Below, piece after piece: positions 37,632 to 47,259 of a DNA stretch of 63,069 nucleotides. The notes beneath the pieces were generated by a model that worked only from the letters and a program-made list of their open reading frames with translations, was not told the DNA's origin and did not search any database. Within the stretch, counting starts at the first letter, position 1, and the number at the start of each line of letters is the position of its first letter. The position numbers were made by a program, and so were the translations under genes. Source of the stretch: Thermodesulfobacteriota bacterium (lineage in GTDB: Bacteria; Desulfobacterota; WTBG01; CAIYCZ01; CAIRTM01); NCBI GenBank assembly GCA_028282925.1, contig JANQGV010000260.1:1-63069 (forward strand). Reading direction: 5' to 3'.

Positions 37632-38045
37632 ATGATACTTCGATGCCTGTTCGCCGTTATCGCCTGTTTAGCAATAAGTCTCCCCGCATACGCCGGTCCC
37701 GATATGCAGGAAGGCCGCTGGGAGGTTACCTCCCGCATGGAAATGCCCGGCATGCCGGTTAACATCCCCCCCATGTCACATACCCAGTGTCTCACCAAAG
37801 AGGACATGGTGCCGACCAGTTCAGGTCAAAACCAGGACTGCAAAGTAACCGATCAAAAAATCAGCGGCAATACCGTTTCCTGGAAAATGGAGTGCTCGGG
37901 ACAAGGCGGCACAACAAAAGGCTCCGGGAAGGTCACCTATAACAAAAACAGCTTCGCCGGGAAAATTACAACAACATTGCCTTCTCAGGGTAATATGCAA
38001 ATGATCAGCCACATCAGCGGCCGCAGGCTGGGTCCGTGCAAATAA
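37632..38045 (+). CDS. DUF3617-like periplasmic protein
   Basis: Signal peptide, then GRWEVTSRMEMPGMP...HTQCLTKEDM and NTVSWKMECSG. GGAGA lies 6 nt before the ATG at 37632. Confidence 0.6.
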   Translation: MILRCLFAVIACLAISLPAYAGPDMQEGRWEVTSRMEMPGMPVNIPPMSHTQCLTKEDMVPTSSGQNQDCKVTDQKISGNTVSWKMECSGQGGTTKGSGKVTYNKNSFAGKITTTLPSQGNMQMISHISGRRLGPCK

Positions 38046-38065
38046 AAAAGCACTGTCCGTGAAAA

Positions 38066-38097
38066 GAGGTTCAGAGCGCTTATACCGCCTGAACCTC
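38066..38097 (+). terminator. hairpin after the DUF3617-like gene (no U-tract)
   Basis: GAGGTTCAG-14 nt-CTGAACCTC, a perfect 9-bp stem. The lack of a T run keeps confidence low. Confidence 0.3.
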
Positions 38098-38145
38098 TCA
38101 ACCGTATTCGCTGTCGCTTACAGACATCTCATATGAGGCATGACC

Positions 38146-38370
38146 ATGGACAAAAAAGAACTGCTGCAAGAGCTGATGGATCTCTCAAAAACCACCCCGC
38201 AAAAAACACAGCACGTGTTTCAGTTGTGTCTGGAGCTCTACCGCTGGCAAAAACGTGTGCCCGAGCTTGCGGTAAGCGACGGTGCAGAAGCAGAGAACGT
38301 TCTCCTCCAGGTCCGGAAATTACGAAAAAAGCTTATTGAGCTTGTCGAACCGTCGAGCCGATGCGATTAA
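38146..38370 (+). CDS. small hypothetical protein
   Basis: 74-76 aa ORF with GAGG upstream. No family recognised. Confidence 0.35.
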   Translation: MDKKELLQELMDLSKTTPQKTQHVFQLCLELYRWQKRVPELAVSDGAEAENVLLQVRKLRKKLIELVEPSSRCD

Positions 38371-38555
38371 CACACCATAGAGCTGAATACACAACTGTCC
38401 GGTACTTTTTCACATACATACATCCGGCTTAATGCTGTTTTTATAAATCTTTTTTTATTTTTTCCCCTTGACCTGCCTTCTGTTACATATTACATCCTAT
38501 AGTATACATCCCTATAACCTATTATGGTGTTGCTCACCCGGCGGTACATCTCATT

Positions 38556-41500
38556 ATGAAAGACGAAAAGAAAACCAAGGCCCAGCTCATACGAGAACTG
38601 GCACAACTGCGTCAACAACTAAGCGCCACTGATCAAAAACATCAACGCATCAATCCCTTACCCTCAGGACCCGACCCCTTCCGCGCCCTTGTTGAAACCT
38701 CAAGCGACTTTATCTGGGAAGTAAACAGCAATGGGGAATTCACCTATGCCAGCCCTCAAATAGAGAGCATCCTGGGGTATGCTCCCGCAGATATTATCGG
38801 TAAAACCCCGTTTGAAACAATGCCTCCGGAAGAAGCCGGAAAGGTTTCGGCGGTTTTCGAAAAAGCCTGCCGATCAAAGGCACCCATATCAAAACTACAA
38901 AAAACCGCTTTCCATCGTAATGGAAAGCTTGTTGTCTTGGAAACCAGCGGCATGCCCTTTTTTGACGATTCCGGCACTCTCCTGGGGTATCGGGGTATCG
39001 ACCGTGACATAACCGACCGCAAATCGACTTTAACATCAAACGAGGCCCACTTCCGGGCAACAACCGAATCCACGCCCGACGCGGTGGTGACGACCGACAG
39101 CCGTAACCGAATTACGTATTGGAACAAAAGCGCTGAAAAAATGTTTGGATATACCTCCGACGAAATAATCGACCGAACCGCAACCATACTTCTGCCGGAG
39201 CGCTTCCGCACGGACAACAACAATAGATTCAAGCAGTTGATAACCCAAATCAGCTGTGATTTCACCGGAAAAACATTCGAGGCCACCGGGCTGCGAAAAA
39301 ACGGCGAAGAATTCCCTCTTGAGCAGTCGCTGTCCGCCTGGCAGACGGACAATGAATGGTTCTTCACCAGCATCCTGAGAGATATCTCCGAGCGTAAAAA
39401 AGCCGAAAAGGAAATAGCTCGGTCGGAGAAGATGTATCGAACGATTTTTGAAAACACCGGCACGGCAATGCTCATCATTGATGGTGATTCCAGAATCATC
39501 ATGGCAAACTCCCGGGCCGAAGAAATCAGCGGTTATTCCAGAAACGAGATCGAAAGCAAAAAATACTGGATGGAGTTTGTTTCTCCTGAGGATCTCGACC
39601 GGATGAAACAGTACGAAACCGTGCGAAAGCAGGATCCCGAGAGCGCTCCCGGGAGCTACGAATTTCGTTTCTTAGACCGCCGGGGGGACACCAGGAATGT
39701 ATTCCTGACCGTTGCCCTCATTGCGGGAACTCCCCTGAAAGTCGCTTCACTGGATGACATATCCGAACAGAAAGCGGCCGAAGAAGCCTTACGGTCCAGC
39801 GAGGAGCGGCTCCGGGCTATAACCGAATCCATTCCGGAAGCCATTATATCAACGGATACGCATGGAAAAATAGTTTTCTGGAACAAGCCGGCGGAAAACA
39901 TTTTCGGATATACGGCTGCTGAAATCCTGGGGCAGTCTACCGACATCCTCATGGTCCCGGAAAAACGCGACGAACAGGTAAAAGCCAGTCACACGGCCAT
40001 GTCTACGGGGCCCAAAAGCTTTTCCGGTAAAACCTATGAAACCCTGGCTGTTAAAAAAGACGGCTCGGTGTTTCCTGTTTCCCTCTCGTTTTCTTACTGG
40101 ACCGCCGACGGAAAAACCTATTACACGGCAATTGTTCAGGACATTACCGAACGCAAACATGCGGAACAGGCTCTTCAGGAATCACGTGATTTTCTGGAAA
40201 CCATCTTTAAAGCGTCTCCGGACATGATCATGGTTACCGACAACCGGGGAAACATTACCGCCATTAACGATGTCACCGCATCGATTTTGGGCTATACCCC
40301 CCAGGAAATCATCAACCAACACTGCTCGTTCCTGGCTCCCCCGGAGACTGCAAGCAGGAAAGCGGCCCTGGACATGATGGCAAACCTGTACCAGTCCGGG
40401 ACGACCCGAAACAATGAAATATGCTGGGTCACAAAGTCCGGGGCACCCATCTTCCTGGAGTGCAATGCAATTTTACTCAAGGATACCGCCGGCAATACCT
40501 CCGGCTCGGTTTCGGTACTGAGGGACACCTCCGAAAGGAAAAACATGGAGGAAAAGCTCAGGCAATCTCAAAAAATGGAAGCCATCGGCACACTTGCCGG
40601 GGGTATTGCCCATGATTTCAACAACATCCTGGGCGCCATTATCGGCTTCGCAGAGATGGCCTATGAGGACATTCCCGAAGACAGTCCCACCAGATACGAC
40701 CTGCAGCAGATTCTGCTGTCAAGCATGCGGGCCCGGGACCTGGTAAAACAAATACTTGCATTCAGCCGCAAAAGCGATCAGGAAAAGAAACCGTTGCAAC
40801 TGCATCCCCTGATCAAGGAGTCCATGAAGCTTTTACGGGCATCTCTGCCCACAACCATCGATATCAAACAGCATGTCAGGGCCGATACCGGTGCAGTTCT
40901 TGCCGACCCGACCCAGATACAGCAGGTAATGATGAATCTCTGCACAAATGCCGCCCATGCAATGCAAAAGTCCGGTGGAACGCTCACCATCGGTCTGTGC
41001 CCGGTCGACATAGATACCGAACGGGCGCACTCCCATCCCGACTTAAAGCCCGGCTCCTATGTTGAGTTTTCAGTCGGCGATACCGGCAGCGGAATCAGAC
41101 CTGATATCATTAACCGCATCTTCGAGCCCTACTTCACCACCAAAGAAGTCGGTAAAGGGACCGGCATGGGGCTCGCCGTTGTGCACGGCATCATCAAAGC
41201 CCATGGCGGGGCGATAGTCGTTGACAGCACTCCCGGCCAGGGATCGTCATTTCACATCTACCTGCCGTGTCTCCAGCATACTGTTACGGAACCTGAAGCG
41301 TCTCCTTCGGAGCTTCCACTTGGCTCTGAGCGGGTCCTGTTCATCGATGATGAGGAGGCTCTGGCGCTGGTTGCCAAAAAGATGCTGTCGTCCCTCGGCT
41401 ATGCCGTAACCACGTTCACCGACAGTTTCTCTGCGCTGAAGCAGTTCAAACAGACCCCGGATGCCTACGATATCGTCATTACCGACCAGACAATGCCGCA

Positions 41501-41702
41501 CATGACCGGCTATGATCTGGCAAAGCGCGTCATAGAGTCTCGACCCTCGATTCCCATTATCCTCTGCACCGGCTACAGCGAATCGATTTCTCATGAAAAG
41601 GCAAAAAAAGCAGGAATTAAAGAGTTTGTCATGAAGCCTCTGGAGCGAAAACAGATAGCACACACCATCCGCTCGGTGCTGGATACGCGCCCGGTGCCGT
41701 AA
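38556..41702 (+). CDS. multi-PAS hybrid sensor histidine kinase with C-terminal receiver
   Basis: About five PAS repeats (for example DITERK linkers), H-box GGIAHDFNNIL, G-boxes DTGSGI and GTGMGLAVV. REC segments VLFIDDEE...TDQTMPHMTG...MKP. Confidence 0.9.
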   Translation: MKDEKKTKAQLIRELAQLRQQLSATDQKHQRINPLPSGPDPFRALVETSSDFIWEVNSNGEFTYASPQIESILGYAPADIIGKTPFETMPPEEAGKVSAVFEKACRSKAPISKLQKTAFHRNGKLVVLETSGMPFFDDSGTLLGYRGIDRDITDRKSTLTSNEAHFRATTESTPDAVVTTDSRNRITYWNKSAEKMFGYTSDEIIDRTATILLPERFRTDNNNRFKQLITQISCDFTGKTFEATGLRKNGEEFPLEQSLSAWQTDNEWFFTSILRDISERKKAEKEIARSEKMYRTIFENTGTAMLIIDGDSRIIMANSRAEEISGYSRNEIESKKYWMEFVSPEDLDRMKQYETVRKQDPESAPGSYEFRFLDRRGDTRNVFLTVALIAGTPLKVASLDDISEQKAAEEALRSSEERLRAITESIPEAIISTDTHGKIVFWNKPAENIFGYTAAEILGQSTDILMVPEKRDEQVKASHTAMSTGPKSFSGKTYETLAVKKDGSVFPVSLSFSYWTADGKTYYTAIVQDITERKHAEQALQESRDFLETIFKASPDMIMVTDNRGNITAINDVTASILGYTPQEIINQHCSFLAPPETASRKAALDMMANLYQSGTTRNNEICWVTKSGAPIFLECNAILLKDTAGNTSGSVSVLRDTSERKNMEEKLRQSQKMEAIGTLAGGIAHDFNNILGAIIGFAEMAYEDIPEDSPTRYDLQQILLSSMRARDLVKQILAFSRKSDQEKKPLQLHPLIKESMKLLRASLPTTIDIKQHVRADTGAVLADPTQIQQVMMNLCTNAAHAMQKSGGTLTIGLCPVDIDTERAHSHPDLKPGSYVEFSVGDTGSGIRPDIINRIFEPYFTTKEVGKGTGMGLAVVHGIIKAHGGAIVVDSTPGQGSSFHIYLPCLQHTVTEPEASPSELPLGSERVLFIDDEEALALVAKKMLSSLGYAVTTFTDSFSALKQFKQTPDAYDIVITDQTMPHMTGYDLAKRVIESRPSIPIILCTGYSESISHEKAKKAGIKEFVMKPLERKQIAHTIRSVLDTRPVP

Positions 41703-41760
41703 TCAACCCGCAGATAAAAACACCACAAAGATCGACGCATATCCATCACAAACGGAAGGA

Positions 41761-43431
41761 CTATTTTTTTCCGGCTGTCTTGATAGTTGCAGCAACATGC
41801 CGTGCCAGGAGTTTAACCAATCGTGCATTGGTATTGGGAGGAACGTACATGGCCCAGGTTCCGCTATACTGCTCCTGCACCGGGCGGTCGGGATCCGGCG
41901 GGCCTTTTGCCGGATCGTAGCCCACATTGCCGAAATCGCTCAGGTCAAAAGCCAGCGACGGGTCCATATCTTCCCGCTTTTCATCAAGGGGGGTCTGGCG
42001 CGGCGGCGGATACCCCTCCGCGCCCATGGCAAGACAAACGGTTTTTGTCTCATCATCCCGGCAGGTTATATCGACCCAGTTGCCCCAATAGTCGGCAAAC
42101 GGGTGACCGACCCGCGGAAACTGCTTAAAATCTCCCGTGCCGTAATGCAGCCAGGTTTTAACACCGATCTCTTTCCCGATCTGGTTGTGCAGTTCAACCA
42201 TGGTGAGCACTGAATCGGCCACAACCTGGGGAAAGCCGATCACAATATGCCTGACCCCGCGATTTTTCAAATAAGCCAGCGCCTCCCAGTAGCGGTATCC
42301 CCACTCGCCGGGAGGAAGATCCGAATCACCCCTGAGCAGATAGGCATGGGCAAGGTCCTCCCCCCGCATTGCCCGCGTCCGTTCCAAAAGGCCGTTCTCG
42401 GGGTTTATTTCTTTGACACCACCCCATGCGCCCACAATATTACCGGGGTCCATATCGGGGAACTGTTGCAGCAGTCGCGCTTTAATATTGGTGTTGAGCA
42501 CCACCGTGTCATTGATCTTGGGATCGAAATACCGCCGCTTCGCATCGAACATACCGTGATTGAACAGCACGACACCGGTCTGTGACGCCGGGACATCCGA
42601 CGACATTCCCTCAGTAATGCCTTCCGCGTGGGCTGCGGCCAGTTCGGGGTCGGCAACAACGGGATTGGGACTGTCGACGACCGACACCTCCGGTACGCTT
42701 TCGGGGTCACCAAGCACCGGTGTCCACTCCGGCGGGGCCGTGGGATAGGCCCGTTGCATGAGGCTTGTGGGATCATTGGCCCATACAAGCTCAACGGCAG
42801 TTCCATGTTTGCGGTTCCAGTCGTCAAGGGCTCTCCGGCTCATGTGCACAACGTCATAGGTTTTATAAAAGCGGGTTCCGCCCACGGTCATATCCACCGC
42901 CACAACCAGGCCGACCCCTTTTTTAAGCAACCGTTCAACCGGGCCATCCACATTATACCTCTCCGGATCGCAGTCCTCCCACGGCCCGCCAGGTTCATCC
43001 TGCCCACAGTAGGTACATTTGCCCTGAGCCTCTTCCGGACCGTTATAGACAAAACGCGGATATGGAAATTGGTCCACCTTGTCCCCTCGCATCCAGCACG
43101 CACATTCAACCTCAAACGATATTTCCGGGCAACCGGCTTCAAGCTCAGCCTGCATCATAACCATCTGTTCATCAGATATCCGGTGAAAGGGATCATGCCC
43201 GCCGATACGGTCGTACTCAAAATCATACTTCCGTAAAAATTTCACACCGAATTCCGTCTGCAATACCATTGACCACGCATCGGCATTCCAGATCACCATG
43301 CTGTATACCGGATGATTCGGATCATAGGCAAACATCTGTATCGCCGCATCCCACATATACTGGGGCTTATACGTATCCATTCCGCCGTGCAGCACATACA
43401 GCACACCGATTTTTTGTTCTTGCGTCGCCAT
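41761..43431 (-). CDS. hypothetical two-lobed protein, possibly class II chelatase-like
   Basis: Lobe starts KIGVLYVLHGG and TGVVLFNHGM, plus IVIGFPQVVADSVLTMVELHNQIGKEIG, which resembles the ferrochelatase/CbiK PxGFxxDHxETLxEL region without the His/Glu. Cys-rich insert ECACW...CTYCGQDEPGGPWEDC. Confidence 0.35.
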   Translation of the reverse strand: MATQEQKIGVLYVLHGGMDTYKPQYMWDAAIQMFAYDPNHPVYSMVIWNADAWSMVLQTEFGVKFLRKYDFEYDRIGGHDPFHRISDEQMVMMQAELEAGCPEISFEVECACWMRGDKVDQFPYPRFVYNGPEEAQGKCTYCGQDEPGGPWEDCDPERYNVDGPVERLLKKGVGLVVAVDMTVGGTRFYKTYDVVHMSRRALDDWNRKHGTAVELVWANDPTSLMQRAYPTAPPEWTPVLGDPESVPEVSVVDSPNPVVADPELAAAHAEGITEGMSSDVPASQTGVVLFNHGMFDAKRRYFDPKINDTVVLNTNIKARLLQQFPDMDPGNIVGAWGGVKEINPENGLLERTRAMRGEDLAHAYLLRGDSDLPPGEWGYRYWEALAYLKNRGVRHIVIGFPQVVADSVLTMVELHNQIGKEIGVKTWLHYGTGDFKQFPRVGHPFADYWGNWVDITCRDDETKTVCLAMGAEGYPPPRQTPLDEKREDMDPSLAFDLSDFGNVGYDPAKGPPDPDRPVQEQYSGTWAMYVPPNTNARLVKLLARHVAATIKTAGKK

Positions 43432-43709
43432 AATACCATCTCCCTGAAGGTCTGTTTTTATTGTTCCGACACTGTTTCATTATATAACGAATGAAACGGA
43501 GCGGGTCAAGCAAACCGATATCGCTTTTCACCTCAATAATAGCTTGTACATATTGTTCATACACCTTAACAAAAAAATCGAAAGATGCATTTTTTGTTTC
43601 TTGACGCAATCAGTTCTCACATATATATAATGAATTATACATCCCCGAAAGACAGGCATGCAAAACAGACACATCCGCTCGACACGTCATATCGAAAGGT
43701 ACTGCACAC

Positions 43710-44426
43710 ATGACAAACCTGGAAATCCAGCAAAAAATCCAAAGCACCGCTGCCGTAAAAAAGGAGTTTATCGCCATAAAACCCCTGCAAACGGAACCGC
43801 ACGATGTGCCCGCGTACGAGGGCAATGCGTTTCCCGGCATGTGCTGCCAGATCGGCGAGGCGCTTGAAGGCGGCAAAACATTTCATACCACCGTAAAGGC
43901 CCATTTCTGTACCGGTGGAGCCCTTGCAACCGGGCTTATTCCCACACCAACACCCGAACAGGCCCTTGGCATCATAAAGTACCACCTCAATCTGACCAAT
44001 GACTATCGTGACCTTGAGACCGCTGAAACCTACTACCGGAAAAAAGAGAGGCTCATCCCTCCGGTCGGACAAAAAAACACCGTTACCCAGATCGGGCCTT
44101 TCAAGGATATCGCAGACCCCGATGTAGTTCTTATTTTCTGCACACCCGGTGCCGCAGATCTTATCAGCCGGGCCTACACCTTTTCAACCGGCAAACCCAT
44201 AACAGGCTTCGGCGGCAACGGCGGCTGCCCGTTTCTGATCCAATATCCGTATACAACCGGCAATCCATCCTTCAGTTACAGCGATGTTGCCTGGCGTAAA
44301 TATGTCGGATTGGCCGAGGAAGAGCTGACCCTCAGCTTCCCGTACAGGTGCCTGGAACCGATAGTTGATGTAATCGAAGAGGTTGCCGGGCGCTACAGAA
44401 AATACGGTGAGCCGCCGGAGGAATAG
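43710..44426 (+). CDS. DUF169-family protein
   Basis: 238 aa with segments GMCCQIGEAL and GGNGGCPFL, which I associate with DUF169 (COG2043). Confidence 0.5.
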   Translation: MTNLEIQQKIQSTAAVKKEFIAIKPLQTEPHDVPAYEGNAFPGMCCQIGEALEGGKTFHTTVKAHFCTGGALATGLIPTPTPEQALGIIKYHLNLTNDYRDLETAETYYRKKERLIPPVGQKNTVTQIGPFKDIADPDVVLIFCTPGAADLISRAYTFSTGKPITGFGGNGGCPFLIQYPYTTGNPSFSYSDVAWRKYVGLAEEELTLSFPYRCLEPIVDVIEEVAGRYRKYGEPPEE

Positions 44427-44480
44427 ACAAACGCACACTATGTCACTCGTGTATGAAGCGGGCATCACATTTTTTATTCC

Positions 44481-44939
44481 ATGGAGGCAGGCATGCCGGA
44501 GATAGGATTCAAACCAACCGGCTGGAACGCCGTACTGTTACTCATTGCCATACTATGCCTGGCGGTTTTTCAGCACTACCGCCTGCGCACTCAGGTGGAC
44601 CGGAAAGCGGCCGATGCCATACGTTCCCACCTCTACAGCACCTATGCCGGCCGGATTTCCGGCATGCTTGACCGGGCACGGGAAGACGGGTTGTGGCAGG
44701 CAGAGGACACAGAAAACATCATATCATATGGAGAGGCCCTCAACGCCATTGACTTCACCTCCCTTACTGCCAGGAAATCGGGAAACGACGTCATGGTAAA
44801 AGCGATTTTCACCCTCGACAGCACCCCACCCCCTGACGGCAAATCCGTACGATATTTTGTTATGCAACCCTCCCTGATCGGCACATGGCGGGTAAAATGG
44901 GAAACAACGGCCTGGAGATATCGCCTGACCCTTTGGTAA
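44481..44939 (+). CDS. membrane-anchored hypothetical protein
   Basis: Single N-terminal TM segment WNAVLLLIAILCLAVF. No family recognised. Confidence 0.45.
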   Translation: MEAGMPEIGFKPTGWNAVLLLIAILCLAVFQHYRLRTQVDRKAADAIRSHLYSTYAGRISGMLDRAREDGLWQAEDTENIISYGEALNAIDFTSLTARKSGNDVMVKAIFTLDSTPPPDGKSVRYFVMQPSLIGTWRVKWETTAWRYRLTLW

Positions 44940-45009
44940 GTATCCGTTGGACGGCACCCGTATCCACCGGGCAGCACGTTGTCCTGCAGCCTATACGCAC
45001 CACGGAAAA

Positions 45010-46485
45010 CTATCGTAACGCTTCAATAATCTGTTCGGCCGCCAGCCGGCCCGCTTCCACTGCGGCTTCAAACGTTGGATAGACCATATAATCTCCGGCA
45101 AGTACCAGCGTTCCTGTTGTACTGGCATGCAGGCGTGTCAACCGGGAATACGCTCCAGGGGTCATGACGGGATAGGCATATAAAAAACGCTGAATATCAT
45201 AGCCGGCCACTTTTTCTTGCGCTCCGGGGAACAGTATTTCAAGGTCCTGGTACACATTTTCAAGCACCTGTTCGTCTGTAAGCTGTAACAGGGACATGTC
45301 GGTATAACTATCGGGTGCAACATAGGCACTCACAATATGTGCATCTATCTGTGCGGCCGACGGATCATATTCGCGCTGGACCCAGGTGCTGTCATACAGG
45401 TCGGTAAAAAAGAGACCGTCCGGAACTGCCAGATCGAATGCCTGATTAAATATCGGATCCAGACTGAACAGGGCTACCGTTATATAGGGGGCGTAGGAAA
45501 TTTGTTTCAGTAGAGACTTTTGCTCCTCTCCCAGCACGCCGTCCGCAACATCGAGCACCACCGGCGACGGCACTGCCAGCACCACGGACCGTGCAGTTAC
45601 CGTCAGTTCTGTGGCGTTATCTCCGGCATAGGTTACGGTATAGTTTTCATCCTCTTGTTCAACACGAACAACCCCTGCATCGGTTTTTACCCGTGCTCCC
45701 AGGTGCTCTGCCAAAGCATCGGTGACTTCGGTGATCCCGGTTACAAAAGAGTAGGTAAAACTGCGTTCTCCGGCGGCCTGTTCCGGGGCGTTTTCAAGGT
45801 CTCCGGTATCGGTAATGGGCGTACTGCCGATATACTGGAAAGCACTTTCGGGTATCATGCTCAGGGCCGAAATTTCATCAAGGCCGGCACCAAACAGCCC
45901 GCGTGATGCAACATTGAACGTTTCACGATAAATATCTGCAAACCCCTGCTCATCGAACCACTCGTCGGCGGTCATGGAATCCAGCACTGCCAGATCCGAT
46001 GTGAGGTCAAAAAAAGGCACGTCTTCGTACCCGACAGCGTACTGCAGCATGGCCGACACAAAGGCGTTATATTCCGCAACACTGCTTTCACTGATATACA
46101 TCAGAGCCAGCCCTTCATCGCTCCAGTAAAATAGACCGTTGCGATAGGTTGCATCAACCGGGAGCGGAATCTCTTTCGGCGTAATCTCCAGATCATTGAG
46201 TATCTCGGCCAATGATCCCGACGGCTTGCCCAGATACTCGGTCCCCTTGGCATATACCAGCCCCTTATGGCTCCCCGACACGGTTCTGCCGCCCGGCCGG
46301 CTTTCCTTCTCCAGCACCAGCACATCAAGGTCATAGTCATCCAGATAGTATCCTGTGGTCAGGCCGGCAATCCCGGCGCCCACTACAATGACATCATACT
46401 GCGTTTCTGTTTCATCACAGCCCTGCAAAAGGATGGCTATAATCCCTAAAAGCCCGACAACAGCAAAAAACATTCGTATTTTCAT
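45010..46485 (-). CDS. flavin amine-oxidase / protoporphyrinogen-oxidase-like FAD enzyme, predicted lipoprotein
   Basis: Segment YDVIVVGAGIAGLTTGYYL...VLVLEKESRPGGR. Signal MKIRMFFAVVGLLGIIAILLQGC. ATG at 46485 with GGAGG RBS. Confidence 0.7.
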   Translation of the reverse strand: MKIRMFFAVVGLLGIIAILLQGCDETETQYDVIVVGAGIAGLTTGYYLDDYDLDVLVLEKESRPGGRTVSGSHKGLVYAKGTEYLGKPSGSLAEILNDLEITPKEIPLPVDATYRNGLFYWSDEGLALMYISESSVAEYNAFVSAMLQYAVGYEDVPFFDLTSDLAVLDSMTADEWFDEQGFADIYRETFNVASRGLFGAGLDEISALSMIPESAFQYIGSTPITDTGDLENAPEQAAGERSFTYSFVTGITEVTDALAEHLGARVKTDAGVVRVEQEDENYTVTYAGDNATELTVTARSVVLAVPSPVVLDVADGVLGEEQKSLLKQISYAPYITVALFSLDPIFNQAFDLAVPDGLFFTDLYDSTWVQREYDPSAAQIDAHIVSAYVAPDSYTDMSLLQLTDEQVLENVYQDLEILFPGAQEKVAGYDIQRFLYAYPVMTPGAYSRLTRLHASTTGTLVLAGDYMVYPTFEAAVEAGRLAAEQIIEALR

Positions 46486-46575
46486 AAGAGTTCCTCCATC
46501 ACTGCCGAAGTGATAATGGTTTCGGCACATTATCGCAGAACAAAAGGGCCGCTCCGTAACCGGACACTCTGTATC

Positions 46576-46840
46576 CTATTCCACATCAAGCCTCTGTCGT
46601 ATCAAGCCTGCTGTCTCACTTTTAACGAAAGGCTTCATAATGAAGGCCCGGATACCGGCCTCGGCGACCCGTTCCATTAACACTGGTAATGACGCCCGTT
46701 CCGTCCGTAGACATAATACTATCGGGCGAGGCTTTAAAAATGTTTAGGAAGTCCCGGGACTCTTTGGGCGCTATTCGGGTCTGCATGCGCTCGTCCCTGT
46801 AGAGCGCCGCCTGATGCGATTCCCCCGGCCGGTTTTCCAC
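46576..46840 (-). pseudogene. decayed sensor kinase/response-regulator remnant (PAS start fused out of frame to REC end)
   Basis: One frame gives ...ESRDFLNIFKASPDSIMSTDGTGVITSVN; compare ESRDFLETIFKASPDMIMVTDNRGNITAIN in the 38556-41702 kinase. From about 46675 a shifted frame gives AEAGIRAFIMKPFVKSETAGLIRQRLDVE*; compare KKAGIKEFVMKPLERKQIAHTIRSVLD. Confidence 0.6.
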
Positions 46841-47102
46841 GCCCGCTGAAAAACCTCAAACAAGCCGCAGTCCGCACTCTCGGAAAAACGTCCGTGACCC
46901 TCCTGCCCATCACCTCATCTTTCGCAACCTTTTTTGCAATTTACATACTGCGGTCGGTATCCTTGAACACAAAACCGGGGAAAACTTTTTGGTACCGGTC
47001 CGGCATTACTACGCAATCTGCATTCCGTCAACGCAAAAATCGTGTTCCGCTTGCATGCAAAATGGTGGCTGCCAAAAGGTATTTTTCATGCTATATACTG
47101 TA

Positions 47103-47167
47103 CCGCTATTCGGTACAGTATAGTATAAATCATGTGAATATGCTTACAATTCCAGGACCATTCCGTA
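47103..47167. repeat. 65-nt direct repeat, left copy (island boundary)
   Basis: 60/65 identical to 59124-59188 by hand alignment. Weaker similarity extends about 35 nt further left. The left copy also forms an 11-bp hairpin at 47094-47122. Confidence 0.85.
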
Positions 47168-47259
47168 TTAAGCTGGCATGCATAGTATCTTTCAAAATAT
47201 ACATTGAAACACCTGTTCCGGAAAAAGCCGATCACCCTGCGCGAGACAATCCGTTTTTT

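Noticed and set aside
38371-38555. Sigma70-like TTGACC element upstream of the hybrid kinase gene
   Set aside because: No acceptable -10 hexamer lies at 16-18 nt spacing (best are TACATC or TATTAC at the wrong spacing). Support is too weak to report as a feature.
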